Virus record (IMG/VR): IMGVR_UViG_3300047282_000191
Span: 25,717-89,716 of that record
Strand: one strand, 5' to 3'
Origin: a virus
Taxonomy: Duplodnaviria > Caudoviricetes
DNA: 64,000 nt
Shown: positions 56,228 through 64,000 of the stretch, piece after piece
Layout: every line of letters begins with the position of its first letter
Position numbering within the stretch: the first letter of the stretch is position 1
Translations under genes and position numbers: made by a program
Notes under the pieces: model-generated
The model's database searches: none
Told to the model about the DNA's origin: nothing
Seen by the model: the letters and a program-made list of their open reading frames with translations, nothing else

Positions 56228-57793
56228 ATGGCAAAAGCAAAGTACGTCACCTCTGGTTCAAACATACAAGAACTCATCGAGGCAGTTAAACAGTCCAACA
56301 AGATCCTCACGGATACTCAAGATGATGGAGTTGTTGACACGTATGCACTCAAAGGTATCCACAATGTATTGATCGACATCGATGACTCCATCAAAGCGAT
56401 AGAGAAGATCGTCGTCGGCAACCACATGAAAGACCTCGAGAAGGCGAAAGAGCAGTCTGACTACAATGCGCAGATCCTCGACGCTTTGAAGGGACTTAAA
56501 CCTAAGCCAGACGACAAGCAGAAGAAAGCCGATAAAGGTGATTTCTCCTGGCTCGGTCTTGCTGGTGCATTGATCGGCGGTTTGGTCATGGGTGGTCTTG
56601 CTTTTGTGAAGAACTACATCAAAGGCTTTGTTGGTTTCTGGACAAAGGCTGCTAAGATGCTTAAGCTCGATGTGCTCGTACTTAAACTCTTCGAATACAT
56701 CAAGGCACCGTTTGAATTCATCAAAGGTGGTTTTATCAAGGTCGTCGACTTCGTCAAAGGCCTATTTAAGGGTGAAGGGTTATTGACGATGCTGAAGGGC
56801 AACGTCCTTAAGTTGTTTACCATCATCGGAGACTTCTTTGGGTTCTCAGGTAAAGGACTATTCAAAGACTTCGTTCGTATGTTCGAGTCGGTCGGCGACA
56901 TGATATCAGGCACAGCAAAAGCGATAGGTAGTTTCTTTGCCAAGATATTCTCTCTAGGCAGCGGAGAAGGTGGTCTATTCTCTAAGATCGCTGGTGCGAT
57001 GGACTTCTTTGGTCCATTGACCAAGTTCTTCAAGGCATTTGGTTCTATCCTCGGTAAGTTAGCATACCCTATCCAAGTCGTCATGAGTGTGTTCGATACC
57101 GTGACAGGTGCATTGGACGGCTGGAACAAGACAGAGGGCGACTTCATGGCCAAGTTCTTTGGTGCTCTGAAGGGCGGCGTCACGGGACTCTTGAATGGTC
57201 TGATCGGTGGGTTGTTAGACCTACTCAAGGACGGCATGTCTTGGCTAGTTAACTTATTAGGGTTTGAGAACGCAGCGAAGGTACTCGATAGCTTCTCATT
57301 CTCTGACCTCATCAAGAAAGGCGTCGAGGGTTTCTATAACTTCATCGAGGGCATGATACGCTATGTCATGGACATCTTCAAAGATCCAGGCAAGTTAGTC
57401 GCCGACGTTGGTGACCTCTTTGGTAAGATCAGTGACATGGCGAAGAACTTCTTAAAGACACTCCTTCGTTCTATACTCCCTAACCCATCCTCTGATAACA
57501 TCGCTGTGAAGATGGCTGCGAAGGCCATACCAGATGCGGTGTATGAATTTGCAGGCATGAACCCGAAGACAGGCGAACTCCAAGGTGCTACCGTCGATAA
57601 CGTGGCTGCGAAGGGCGAACAGATGGTAAACCAGGCAGTCGCCGCGGGCCAACAAGCCGTACAAGGTGTGGTGAATGCAGGTCAGACCATCATCAACAAC
57701 GGTAATACTGCCCTCATGAGTGCACGCTCTAAGATCAGAGATACTGAGGACATGCTAGCAAGAGGATGGAACTCCCTCGGCTTCGGGTCTTAA
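56228..57793 (+). CDS. Tape-measure-like baseplate hub protein (gp29-like)
   Basis: Long amphipathic G/A/F/K-rich helical repeats, directly downstream of gp26/gp51. Confidence 0.65.
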   Translation: MAKAKYVTSGSNIQELIEAVKQSNKILTDTQDDGVVDTYALKGIHNVLIDIDDSIKAIEKIVVGNHMKDLEKAKEQSDYNAQILDALKGLKPKPDDKQKKADKGDFSWLGLAGALIGGLVMGGLAFVKNYIKGFVGFWTKAAKMLKLDVLVLKLFEYIKAPFEFIKGGFIKVVDFVKGLFKGEGLLTMLKGNVLKLFTIIGDFFGFSGKGLFKDFVRMFESVGDMISGTAKAIGSFFAKIFSLGSGEGGLFSKIAGAMDFFGPLTKFFKAFGSILGKLAYPIQVVMSVFDTVTGALDGWNKTEGDFMAKFFGALKGGVTGLLNGLIGGLLDLLKDGMSWLVNLLGFENAAKVLDSFSFSDLIKKGVEGFYNFIEGMIRYVMDIFKDPGKLVADVGDLFGKISDMAKNFLKTLLRSILPNPSSDNIAVKMAAKAIPDAVYEFAGMNPKTGELQGATVDNVAAKGEQMVNQAVAAGQQAVQGVVNAGQTIINNGNTALMSARSKIRDTEDMLARGWNSLGFGS

Positions 57794-58020
57794 CCACCCT
57801 CTTCGTCATCGCCACAACCATAACCCTCGGAAACTTCCTCCGAGGTGCTTATCTCTGTATATCCGAAAAAAACCCCTACTGTAACACCGAACTACAATCC
57901 CAGGCAGACAGACGCTGGGAAAACATCCGCGCACTCCAATCTACCAGGCAGATAGCCAGCTCACGAAATTTTATAGACGAAGAAGAGTTCTGGGATATGA
58001 TACTGAAGGAGAGACTGTAG
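57766..58020 (+). CDS. Possible small membrane-anchored protein
   Basis: One N-terminal hydrophobic stretch; overlaps the gp29-like 3' end by 28 nt; weak RBS. Confidence 0.3.
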   Translation: MELPRLRVLTTLFVIATTITLGNFLRGAYLCISEKNPYCNTELQSQADRRWENIRALQSTRQIASSRNFIDEEEFWDMILKERL

Positions 58021-58081
58021 TTACACCTGTAGATAATAGAATACAACAACCTAGAGGAACCAAACAATAAGTGTGTTGTAC

Positions 58082-58182
58082 GGGATTAATCTGGGGGGAT
58101 CAGTTATACCCCAGGGGAATTTTTTCAGATGTGAACCTGAGAACGAAGTGAACTTCTGGGGAAACAAACTGGGGGTGGGGGG
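58082..58182. other. G-tract cluster in the gap where late (+) and early (-) transcription converge
   Basis: G3, G6, G4, G4, G5-T-G6 runs within 100 nt; CTGGGG...CCCCAG inverted repeat at 58091-58114. Confidence 0.45.
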
Positions 58183-58296
58183 AATTTCCAGAGATTAGGT
58201 GACGGAAGCATACGGCTGAACCGAAAGGGTAACCAATAGATGGTCTCCTATTAATATGGAACCTTAGTATAGATGGGACCCATAGGGGCTGCTGAT

Positions 58297-58503
58297 TTAA
58301 TTCTGAGATTCTGGTATAGGTGTTATGCTACTCTTCCAGCTGTAGTCCCATTTTGTCTGATCTACTGGCGGCTGGTAGGTCTTGTGTACCCTCGGCGGAT
58401 GAGACCAACGGTATAGTTCCCTCTCTGCATCTATGTACGTGGCCAATAGGAGTAGGACTATACAGATATAGGCTGACCACTTTAATGGCTTGATATCATC
58501 CAT
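58297..58503 (-). CDS. Small early protein with one TM segment
   Basis: WSAYICIVLLLLATYI hydrophobic stretch; packed against neighbours. Confidence 0.55.
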   Translation of the reverse strand: MDDIKPLKWSAYICIVLLLLATYIDAERELYRWSHPPRVHKTYQPPVDQTKWDYSWKSSITPIPESQN

Positions 58504-58690
58504 TCTCTAATACCTTGGTGATGACGGCTTCTGTGGTGTTGAGGGTCTTGGCTATGGTAGGGATGGACATACCGGTATTCCTATATAGACGGATCTGCTG
58601 CATGAACAGGTCAAACTCGTTCTGCTCCCATACGGATACGATCCTCTGCAGGTCCTGTGTCTTCCTCTTCTTAGACTGCCATCCGCTCAT
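58496..58690 (-). CDS. Small early protein with a possible C-terminal HTH
   Basis: GMSIPTIAKTLNTTEAVITKVL resembles a helix-turn-helix. Confidence 0.5.
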   Translation of the reverse strand: MSGWQSKKRKTQDLQRIVSVWEQNEFDLFMQQIRLYRNTGMSIPTIAKTLNTTEAVITKVLENG

Positions 58691-58881
58691 ATCTGCCCCT
58701 TCCTCAGCTCAACAAAGGTCCGATACCTTGTATTAAACTGGATCCGCTTCTTAAATGTGATCAGGTCCCTTGTACCGGCCTTGACATACCCGTACATCCA
58801 CTGCTTATCATCTGACAAGACATAGGCATGGTTCTCCTGTGGGACCTGCCAGTCCTTAGTCGTCTCTCTGAACAGCTTCAT
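58687..58881 (-). CDS. Small early hypothetical protein
   Basis: Start set at ATG 58881 (MKLFRETTKDW...NH.Y.L......GY...G......F......F....R.F..L), a pattern common in T4-like early ORFs. Confidence 0.6.
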   Translation of the reverse strand: MKLFRETTKDWQVPQENHAYVLSDDKQWMYGYVKAGTRDLITFKKRIQFNTRYRTFVELRKGQI

Positions 58882-58894
58882 AAGATCCTCCGGA

Positions 58895-59086
58895 TCATAG
58901 GGGTGTCCTGAACATGTTCTTCTGGATGTACTGAGTGATGAATTCGTGCTGCTCGACCAGGTCATCCATATCCAGGTCCATATCTAAGTTATCCCGGACA
59001 AAGTCATCAATAAGTTCCTCGACCTGGGATAGTAGCTCTGCGGCTAGCTGCTCGTTCCTTTGTTTCTGTGTAGTCATAGTCATCAT
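58895..59086 (-). CDS. Small acidic early protein
   Basis: Open frame with AGGA RBS; D/E-rich. Confidence 0.55.
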   Translation of the reverse strand: MMTMTTQKQRNEQLAAELLSQVEELIDDFVRDNLDMDLDMDDLVEQHEFITQYIQKNMFRTPL

Positions 59087-59163
59087 ATATCCTTATAAAT
59101 GGTGGCCTCCAGTCCCTTACTGCTGAGCCATGTCAGCTGAGAGACCTTCATAGGCCGTGATCA

Positions 59164-60087
59164 TTAGTTGGTCAACACGTATGTTGCCAAGTCCTTATAG
59201 TCATGTGGGTTAGCTGCACGGATCTTGCTAACGCTGATCAAGGTGCGGAGGCTGATCTCCTTTGCTTGGTCCTTCACTTCGCGGATCAAGGCGAGTGCAT
59301 CGGCCTTGATCTCCATCGTGTATTCTGGGAGGAACTCCTCACTCTCAGCGATGTGAGCCATGCGGTCGATCTTCTGGTCATCTGTCATGGAGAGGTCGAT
59401 CATCATTGAACGGCTACGGATAGCTTGGTCAATCTTGTCTTGGTCCATGTTTGAGATGAAGATGACGCGACCTTTAAACTCAAAGCTACGTGGTAGGTCA
59501 TCGTCCTTGCCGAATGACTCAGCATTCCAGCTGATGATACGCTTACCGTAGGAGTCCAATGCACCTTTGAGTAGGTTAAGAGCCACAGGATCCTTGAGGA
59601 TGGAATCACAGTCATCGAACACGATCGTCGCATTTTGATTCTCAAAGAGTGTACGGTACAAACCTTTAGGTGTACTGTAACCTTTGATGGTCACGTAGAC
59701 GGTCTTCATTGGGATGGTAGCGCCCACTGGAAGCTTTTGGACCACTTCGTTGAAGTCTTTTAGACCGTTGGCTTGCAACGTCTTCATGACTGTGTAGGTC
59801 TTACCTAACCCGCCCTGACCGGTGATGATCGTCGAAGGCTGGACTCCAGTGGCAACCATGCCTACGATCTTCTCCACGAAACCAAAACGTTGGTTGATGC
59901 AGAACTTCTCAGAGACAGCTGGCTTCTGCATAGCCTCGATGTCCTTGAAGGCCTTCTTTTCACCGGTGATCTGCTTGAACATGTACTCGATGTAGTTCTG
60001 TTTGGTCGTGGTAAAACGCTGACCGTTGATAGAACACTTGAACTTGCCGGCACCTTTGTCAAACCCGATAATCACTGTAGCTGTCAT
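59164..60087 (-). CDS. AAA-type P-loop ATPase
   Basis: Walker A GQGGLGKT, Walker B IVFDDCD, LKGALDS...R.ISW, F.F.GRVIFISN, A..SR. Start set at ATG 60087 after AAAGGAAAG. Confidence 0.85.
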   Translation of the reverse strand: MTATVIIGFDKGAGKFKCSINGQRFTTTKQNYIEYMFKQITGEKKAFKDIEAMQKPAVSEKFCINQRFGFVEKIVGMVATGVQPSTIITGQGGLGKTYTVMKTLQANGLKDFNEVVQKLPVGATIPMKTVYVTIKGYSTPKGLYRTLFENQNATIVFDDCDSILKDPVALNLLKGALDSYGKRIISWNAESFGKDDDLPRSFEFKGRVIFISNMDQDKIDQAIRSRSMMIDLSMTDDQKIDRMAHIAESEEFLPEYTMEIKADALALIREVKDQAKEISLRTLISVSKIRAANPHDYKDLATYVLTN

Positions 60088-60119
60088 TTCTTTCCTTTGT
60101 TTAATCATTTAATGGAACC

Positions 60120-60148
60120 ATTATACCCTGATTTTTCGCTGTTGTACA
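60120..60148 (-). promoter_or_regulatory. Sigma70-type early promoter for the ATPase gene
   Basis: Minus strand TGTACA-N17-TATAAT, 33 nt upstream of the ATG. Confidence 0.7.
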
Positions 60149-60250
60149 TAGGCCAGAGCGAAATATTTCGTGAATAATTTGTCCAATAAAATCATAGACT
60201 TACACGGGTGGTATTGGACCTGGACTGATTCCACCCTATGAAATAGACGT

Positions 60251-60274
60251 AAAAAAGGCAGCCCGTAGGCTGCC
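60251..60274 (-). terminator. Rho-independent terminator after pqqA
   Basis: Minus strand GGCAGCC-TACG-GGCTGCC-TTTTTT (cUACGg loop). Confidence 0.88.
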
Positions 60275-60298
60275 CGTGGATCTGGCCGTACGTGGTGA

Positions 60299-60370
60299 TT
60301 ACTTATTCATCACGTACATTGTGACTTCGAAACCAAATCTCATCTCTGTTGCTGATGGTGTTGTCCACAT
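60299..60370 (-). CDS. pqqA: Pyrroloquinoline quinone precursor peptide
   Basis: Not in the ORF track. Hand-translated MWTTPSATEMRFGFEVTMYVMNK (23 aa): MW..P, R.G.E-V-T-x-Y (the Glu/Tyr pair used for PQQ); strong AAGGAGA RBS; terminator 24 nt downstream. Confidence 0.93.
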   Translation of the reverse strand: MWTTPSATEMRFGFEVTMYVMNK

Positions 60371-60590
60371 GGTGTTATCTCCTTAGTTAGTTAATTAATG
60401 ATATACTTCTACTACTTCCTAAGTCAGATCGCTAGAGACATTCACTGAAGTCTAGCTTGAGACATGATTTATCTATACTGCGGCCTTCTGTTTGCTACTA
60501 GTTAAAACCATTAATCCTCTATAGTCCCCGTACTATTTTGATCTCTGCGAGATCTTTATCACACAGGGCCTTAATATTGCGGGCCTCACC

Positions 60591-60620
60591 TTCTACCACT
60601 TTTTACCACTTTCTACCACC
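60591..60620. repeat. Three tandem 10-bp repeats TT(C/T)TACCAC(T/C)
   Basis: TTCTACCACT TTTTACCACT TTCTACCACC read directly. Confidence 0.8.
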
Positions 60621-60627
60621 TTCGATC

Positions 60628-60873
60628 TCATAGCATATACTTCTTGAGTAGTTCTGTGGCTTCTGGAGTCTTATTATCCTGTGATTCTAAGGACTCGATG
60701 AACTCGATACGTATGAGCTCAAGTATGCTAAGCGCCTCTGCTTTATCCCTTGGTGAGAGGGTAGCAACGAAGGCCTCTACGTCGTCCCATTCATCGATGT
60801 TCCACATGAGGTCAGCTAAGGCTTTCTGTCGATGTGTTAGTCCATGGATCTGTAACACGTTCATTTGCTCCAT
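60628..60873 (-). CDS. Small early hypothetical protein
   Basis: I.GLT..Q..LAD.MW.I...D.V..F...L pattern; open frame packed with neighbours. Confidence 0.65.
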   Translation of the reverse strand: MEQMNVLQIHGLTHRQKALADLMWNIDEWDDVEAFVATLSPRDKAEALSILELIRIEFIESLESQDNKTPEATELLKKYML

Positions 60874-61067
60874 GCAAGTTCTGTGGTGTGGGTGGTACGG
60901 ATATGGTGGTAGGCGCTCGCGAGGCTATCTATGTCTGGTTGGATGAGCTCGAGCTTCCTCATGTTGATGTCCTTTAAGAACCCTTTACTGATGACGCTGA
61001 CTGCTTTATCGTAGTCTTGCTGTTCGTAGCAGATCAAAATTCTGTCCTCCTGGTATTCTTTACCCAA
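60861..61067 (-). CDS. Small hypothetical protein
   Basis: Open frame overlapping both neighbours; start uncertain. Confidence 0.4.
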   Translation of the reverse strand: MGKEYQEDRILICYEQQDYDKAVSVISKGFLKDINMRKLELIQPDIDSLASAYHHIRTTHTTELAWSK

Positions 61068-61267
61068 GCTTGTTGTGCTTCATGGGACGTAAGGCGATCT
61101 TCACTACTGAAGGTCGTGACGATCTTATGTCTCGTCTGGAGGTCGGCATTCACGTACTCATGGAGTTCGTCTGCTATCTTCCTGAGCCTGGTATTGATGT
61201 CGTTGTCCTGTGGGAGGGTGGAGGCGATGGCGTGTAGGTCGAGGATGGCTTGTTGTAGGTTCTTCAT
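61034..61267 (-). CDS. Small helical early protein
   Basis: ATGA overlap with the upstream 30-aa ORF. Confidence 0.6.
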   Translation of the reverse strand: MKNLQQAILDLHAIASTLPQDNDINTRLRKIADELHEYVNADLQTRHKIVTTFSSEDRLTSHEAQQAWVKNTRRTEF

Positions 61268-61356
61268 AGCTTAAAGTACTCCTCTACCCAATAAAGTAAG
61301 GCGCTCATGATGATGATGACGTAGATCCAGTTATATTCCTTGAAATGGTCCATCAT
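61264..61356 (-). CDS. 30-aa single-TM peptide (below the ORF-track cut-off)
   Basis: Hand-translated MMDHFKEYNWIYVIIIMSALLYWVEEYFKL; ATGA overlaps at both ends. Confidence 0.65.
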   Translation of the reverse strand: MMDHFKEYNWIYVIIIMSALLYWVEEYFKL

Positions 61357-61643
61357 AGTGCGAGGATCCCAACATGCACGCCGCTATTATCTGAGATGAC
61401 TTTCTTCGAGATGTCTGCAAACACCTTACTCGTGAGTGGTGTCATGCCTTGCTTGCTGCGTGATAGCTTATACACTGTGCCGTCACGGGTCGTACACTCG
61501 AGGTAGTCATCTCGATCCTCTGTCCGATCAATGATATGTGATAGTTCCCAGTTCTCGTCATCACCATGGAGCACCTTCGTGAAGGCATTATAGTCCTTCG
61601 TCCATTCCAATATTACCCACCTCTTCGCTACGACCATCACCAA
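61353..61643 (-). CDS. Small early hypothetical protein
   Basis: WVILE.......KVL.G....W.LS..I..........T..G..Y.L pattern seen in T4-like early ORFs. Confidence 0.6.
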   Translation of the reverse strand: MVMVVAKRWVILEWTKDYNAFTKVLHGDDENWELSHIIDRTEDRDDYLECTTRDGTVYKLSRSKQGMTPLTSKVFADISKKVISDNSGVHVGILAL

Positions 61644-61864
61644 CCTCCTGAGTCTGAATGTCGTAGGAGGTATTCATACACCTCCCACGGGTTATCTGTA
61701 AATATGACGCTCGGCTTCTGTGAGTCCCAATGCTTGTTCGGGCTATGCCACCACCTCTCAGCCAGTCCTTCGTTGCTTGCTAACATGGATGTGAGGAGCA
61801 CATCGCACCGTGCCTTTATATCTTCGTGTGATAGGTTCTTCTTCATCATCTTACTTCCTGCCAA
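61637..61864 (-). CDS. Small protein resembling the MbcA/ParS/Xre antitoxin C-terminal domain
   Basis: A..WW..PN.......P motif. Confidence 0.45.
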   Translation of the reverse strand: MAGSKMMKKNLSHEDIKARCDVLLTSMLASNEGLAERWWHSPNKHWDSQKPSVIFTDNPWEVYEYLLRHSDSGGW

Positions 61865-62181
61865 TCGTCATCGTCTCTGAAATCTTCAACTTCTGGCTCG
61901 AAGGGTAGTACATACCAATCATCTTCTTGTAGGACGTACTCACCTGCATCTCGCTTCTTATTATCCTCTACTCGTCTTGCTGCGTCACGTACGAGCTTCT
62001 TTGTATCTGCTATGCCCTCGGGCGTCTGCTTGTATTCCTTCGCTACCTGTGATAGCTTCTCACGAGTGGTGACCTTCACCACTCGATGGGAGTTCGAGCA
62101 TGCCTGAGAGCAGAAAGGCCCACGCTTTCGATGGACCTTCCCACACTCGAGACATGATTTTTCTCGATATACTCCGGGCAA
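61846..62181 (-). CDS. Zn-finger-containing protein
   Basis: C..CGK.......FCS..C at the N-terminus; acidic tail. Confidence 0.6.
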   Translation of the reverse strand: MPGVYREKSCLECGKVHRKRGPFCSQACSNSHRVVKVTTREKLSQVAKEYKQTPEGIADTKKLVRDAARRVEDNKKRDAGEYVLQEDDWYVLPFEPEVEDFRDDDDWQEVR

Positions 62182-63084
62182 TTACGCCTCTTTTGCTAGC
62201 TTACTGAAGTATGAGAGTGTGTCGTCATCTTCGTCGTCGCCAGCCACTGCAGGAGCGAATGCACTCGCTGCTGACTTACCTGCTGATGGTGCCGCACGCG
62301 TCTCATCAAGTTCAACGTGCTCTGCTGTAGTGCGTGGTGCGGATCCACCGAGCACTCGTTCGAGCTTTGCTTTGAGTTCATCATAGGACTTGTATGTCTT
62401 AGGATCTGTGAACTCCTTGAGTGAGTAACACTTGCTGTAGATTGATTCGAGTTCACCTTCATCTCCGTTCGCCACAGGTGTGGGTTTATCAAACTCAGAC
62501 TTATCGTAGTTACGATAGCCTTCAACGTTGCGGATCTTCAACTTAAAGTTAGCACCTTCCCATAGATCAAATGGGTTGATAGGTTGCTCATCTTGAAACT
62601 GAGGCTGCATGACATCCATCATCTTGTCATAGATCTTCTTACCATATTGGTAGAGGAATACCTTGCCTTCGTTTTCAGGGCGTGCAGGGTCAGAGACGAC
62701 CAACACGTTTGAAACGTAGTGTAGACGACGCTTCTGTTTACGTGCGATGTCCTTATCAGATTCCAAACCTGAGTTCCAAAGCTTGGAGTTCAGTTCAGAT
62801 ACTGGATCTTGACCGCCGATCGATGTGAGAGACTTCTCGATGTACCAACCACCAGGACCTTGAAAGCCGTGGTCCCAGTATCGAGCCCATGGATAATCAT
62901 CACCTTGTGGTGCGGGGAGGAAACGAATGACAGCGAAGCCGTTACCAGCTTTGTCGACTTCCGGTTTCCACATGCGATTGTCTTCGTAGGATTGTTGTTG
63001 CTGACCACCGCCGACTTTTTCTGCGGCTGCAACGAGTTTGTTGATCTCGCTTGCACGAGACGCTTTGAGATTTGCTAATGACAT
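62182..63084 (-). CDS. gp32: Single-stranded DNA-binding protein
   Basis: D.R.WKP..DK.GNG.AVIRFLPAP, W.H.FQGPGGWY.E.SL...G..DPV.E.N..LW, GKVFL..YGKKI.DK, FD.WEGANFKLKIR...GY.NYD.SEF; acidic tail. Confidence 0.97.
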   Translation of the reverse strand: MSLANLKASRASEINKLVAAAEKVGGGQQQQSYEDNRMWKPEVDKAGNGFAVIRFLPAPQGDDYPWARYWDHGFQGPGGWYIEKSLTSIGGQDPVSELNSKLWNSGLESDKDIARKQKRRLHYVSNVLVVSDPARPENEGKVFLYQYGKKIYDKMMDVMQPQFQDEQPINPFDLWEGANFKLKIRNVEGYRNYDKSEFDKPTPVANGDEGELESIYSKCYSLKEFTDPKTYKSYDELKAKLERVLGGSAPRTTAEHVELDETRAAPSAGKSAASAFAPAVAGDDEDDDTLSYFSKLAKEA

Positions 63085-63132
63085 AATTTATGTTCCTTTA
63101 TATAGCAGTGTTTAACATTGTATGGAATAACT

Positions 63133-63162
63133 ATTATACCACATTTGCACTCTCTTGTAAAC
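63133..63162 (-). promoter_or_regulatory. T4-type early promoter upstream of gp32
   Basis: Minus strand GTTTACA-N17-TATAAT with extended TGTGG before the -10, matching the T4 early consensus; lies within the gp59 3' end. Confidence 0.85.
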
Positions 63163-63754
63163 AGTCTTTGAGTGCATCCTTGATAGCTTCGTTATTCACC
63201 GTAATAAACGGGTTGTACTTACGTATCTTCAATGAGAGGTCAGGCCACATGATGGGATCTGATATCTCTTTGTCGAACTTAGGCATAAACCCGATATATC
63301 GATTAAGGACGATGAAAGTCTCGAGTGGTATCTCGCCTTGAAGTAGTATCTTTACGAGTAATGGATGTTGTCCACCATCTACCACAAACAGACTCTTAAA
63401 GTCATTGTTCGATATAATCTTATCTATATCAGTTTTAAACCGATATGTGAAGGACTCCATGAGACCTTTATATGCTCTATAAGTCTCATCTGAACCTTCT
63501 TCATTTAAGTTGCCTATCCACTTTGTACCGTGGTGGGCAAAATTACATCCATAAAAAAACTTCAACTCGCTAAGCGGGTATTTTCGTACTAACTTAGCGA
63601 AGAAGTGTTTATCACGTCGCGCGAAGAATGATTTTGGCGTGACGCTCGTCTTGCCATTATATTTAAAATAGTCATACGTCTTCGACTCGAAGTGTAGCTT
63701 GCATGCTACGTAAATCTTATAGGCGTCGTATGGATCACTCGAACGTAAGCTCAT
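63134..63754 (-). CDS. gp59: Helicase loader
   Basis: DAY..Y.A.KLHF....YDY.KY.GK.......F..R.DK.FF.KL, H P.L.K..L...I..ET...L, W......KY.PF. Confidence 0.92.
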   Translation of the reverse strand: MSLRSSDPYDAYKIYVACKLHFESKTYDYFKYNGKTSVTPKSFFARRDKHFFAKLVRKYPLSELKFFYGCNFAHHGTKWIGNLNEEGSDETYRAYKGLMESFTYRFKTDIDKIISNNDFKSLFVVDGGQHPLLVKILLQGEIPLETFIVLNRYIGFMPKFDKEISDPIMWPDLSLKIRKYNPFITVNNEAIKDALKDCLQESANVV

Positions 63755-63971
63755 TCTTCTTCTTTAAATAACCAAGATTCATCCCCTCGGCTTCAAGCTT
63801 TGCCTTGATAGGATTACTCAATAATTTTGCAATGTCTTCTGGATCGATCTGTCTCTCTTTACATAGATCTAAGATCGTATCGAGGTAACTAGATCTCTTC
63901 TCAACCACCAATCGTTCTATAAGCTCGCTAAACGATTTTTTGGTGTACATGCCTTCGGGTTGCTCTGACAT
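63735..63971 (-). CDS. gp33: Late transcription co-activator
   Basis: FS..IE..V......Y.D.I...C....ID.E...KL.S...K.K...E...L..L. Confidence 0.88.
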   Translation of the reverse strand: MSEQPEGMYTKKSFSELIERLVVEKRSSYLDTILDLCKERQIDPEDIAKLLSNPIKAKLEAEGMNLGYLKKKNELTFE

Positions 63972-64000
63972 TTTTCATTCACTTTATAATATATGTGGCT

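Noticed and set aside
313-57664. Numerous short antisense or overlapping ORFs in the track (e.g. 313-543, 18508-19065, 35495-35845, 56614-57315)
   Set aside because: They lie on the opposite strand or another frame of well-supported genes, with biased compositions typical of shadow frames and no recognisable motifs.
57876-58067. 63-aa minus-strand ORF
   Set aside because: Ser-rich low-information sequence with no RBS; it overlaps a more protein-like plus-strand ORF.
57793-58296. tRNA or tmRNA in the non-coding gap
   Set aside because: No T-loop (GGTTCGA) or cloverleaf pattern was found on either strand by eye; tRNAscan/ARAGORN would be decisive.
60591-60620. CRISPR-like array
   Set aside because: The units are 10 bp and directly adjacent, with no spacers.

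Overview
A 64-kb segment of a T4-like (Tevenvirinae/Kyanoviridae-type) myovirus genome. From 1 to 53 kb, mostly on the minus strand, it carries late genes: terminase (gp17 5' end, gp16), neck/tail (gp15, gp14, gp13), a long run of fibre/baseplate-appendage genes, and baseplate genes (gp8, gp7-like, gp6, gp25, gp5, gp27, gp53, gp48). A plus-strand block follows (gp4, gp2, gp54, gp26, gp51, holin-like, gp29-like tape measure), then a minus-strand early region (AAA ATPase, small ORFs, gp32, gp59, gp33). TATAAATA late promoters and T4-type early promoters are visible. Non-routine content: (1) a translationally coupled operon inside the tail-fibre region with a 68-aa peptide ending in CxCxCxCxC, four radical SAM proteins (three with SPASM-type Cys clusters), a DUF3050 heme-oxygenase-like protein, an antisense class-III aminotransferase and a 121-aa protein sharing an HxH module with the peptide. 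This looks like a RiPP-style system that modifies a virion fibre component. (2) A stand-alone 23-aa pqqA gene, missed by the ORF track, with its own RBS and terminator; it points to a Methylophilaceae-type methylotroph host. (3) A gp51 frame with no start codon upstream of its conserved N-terminus, reachable by a -1 shift at T TTT TTC at the end of gp26. (4) An island with a U32-methyltransferase fusion, a flavin halogenase, 2OG-Fe(II) oxygenases, an IT-family permease, a small outer-membrane barrel and Dps. All family calls come from motif recognition by eye; no searches were run. No tRNA, CRISPR array, intron or reverse transcriptase was seen.
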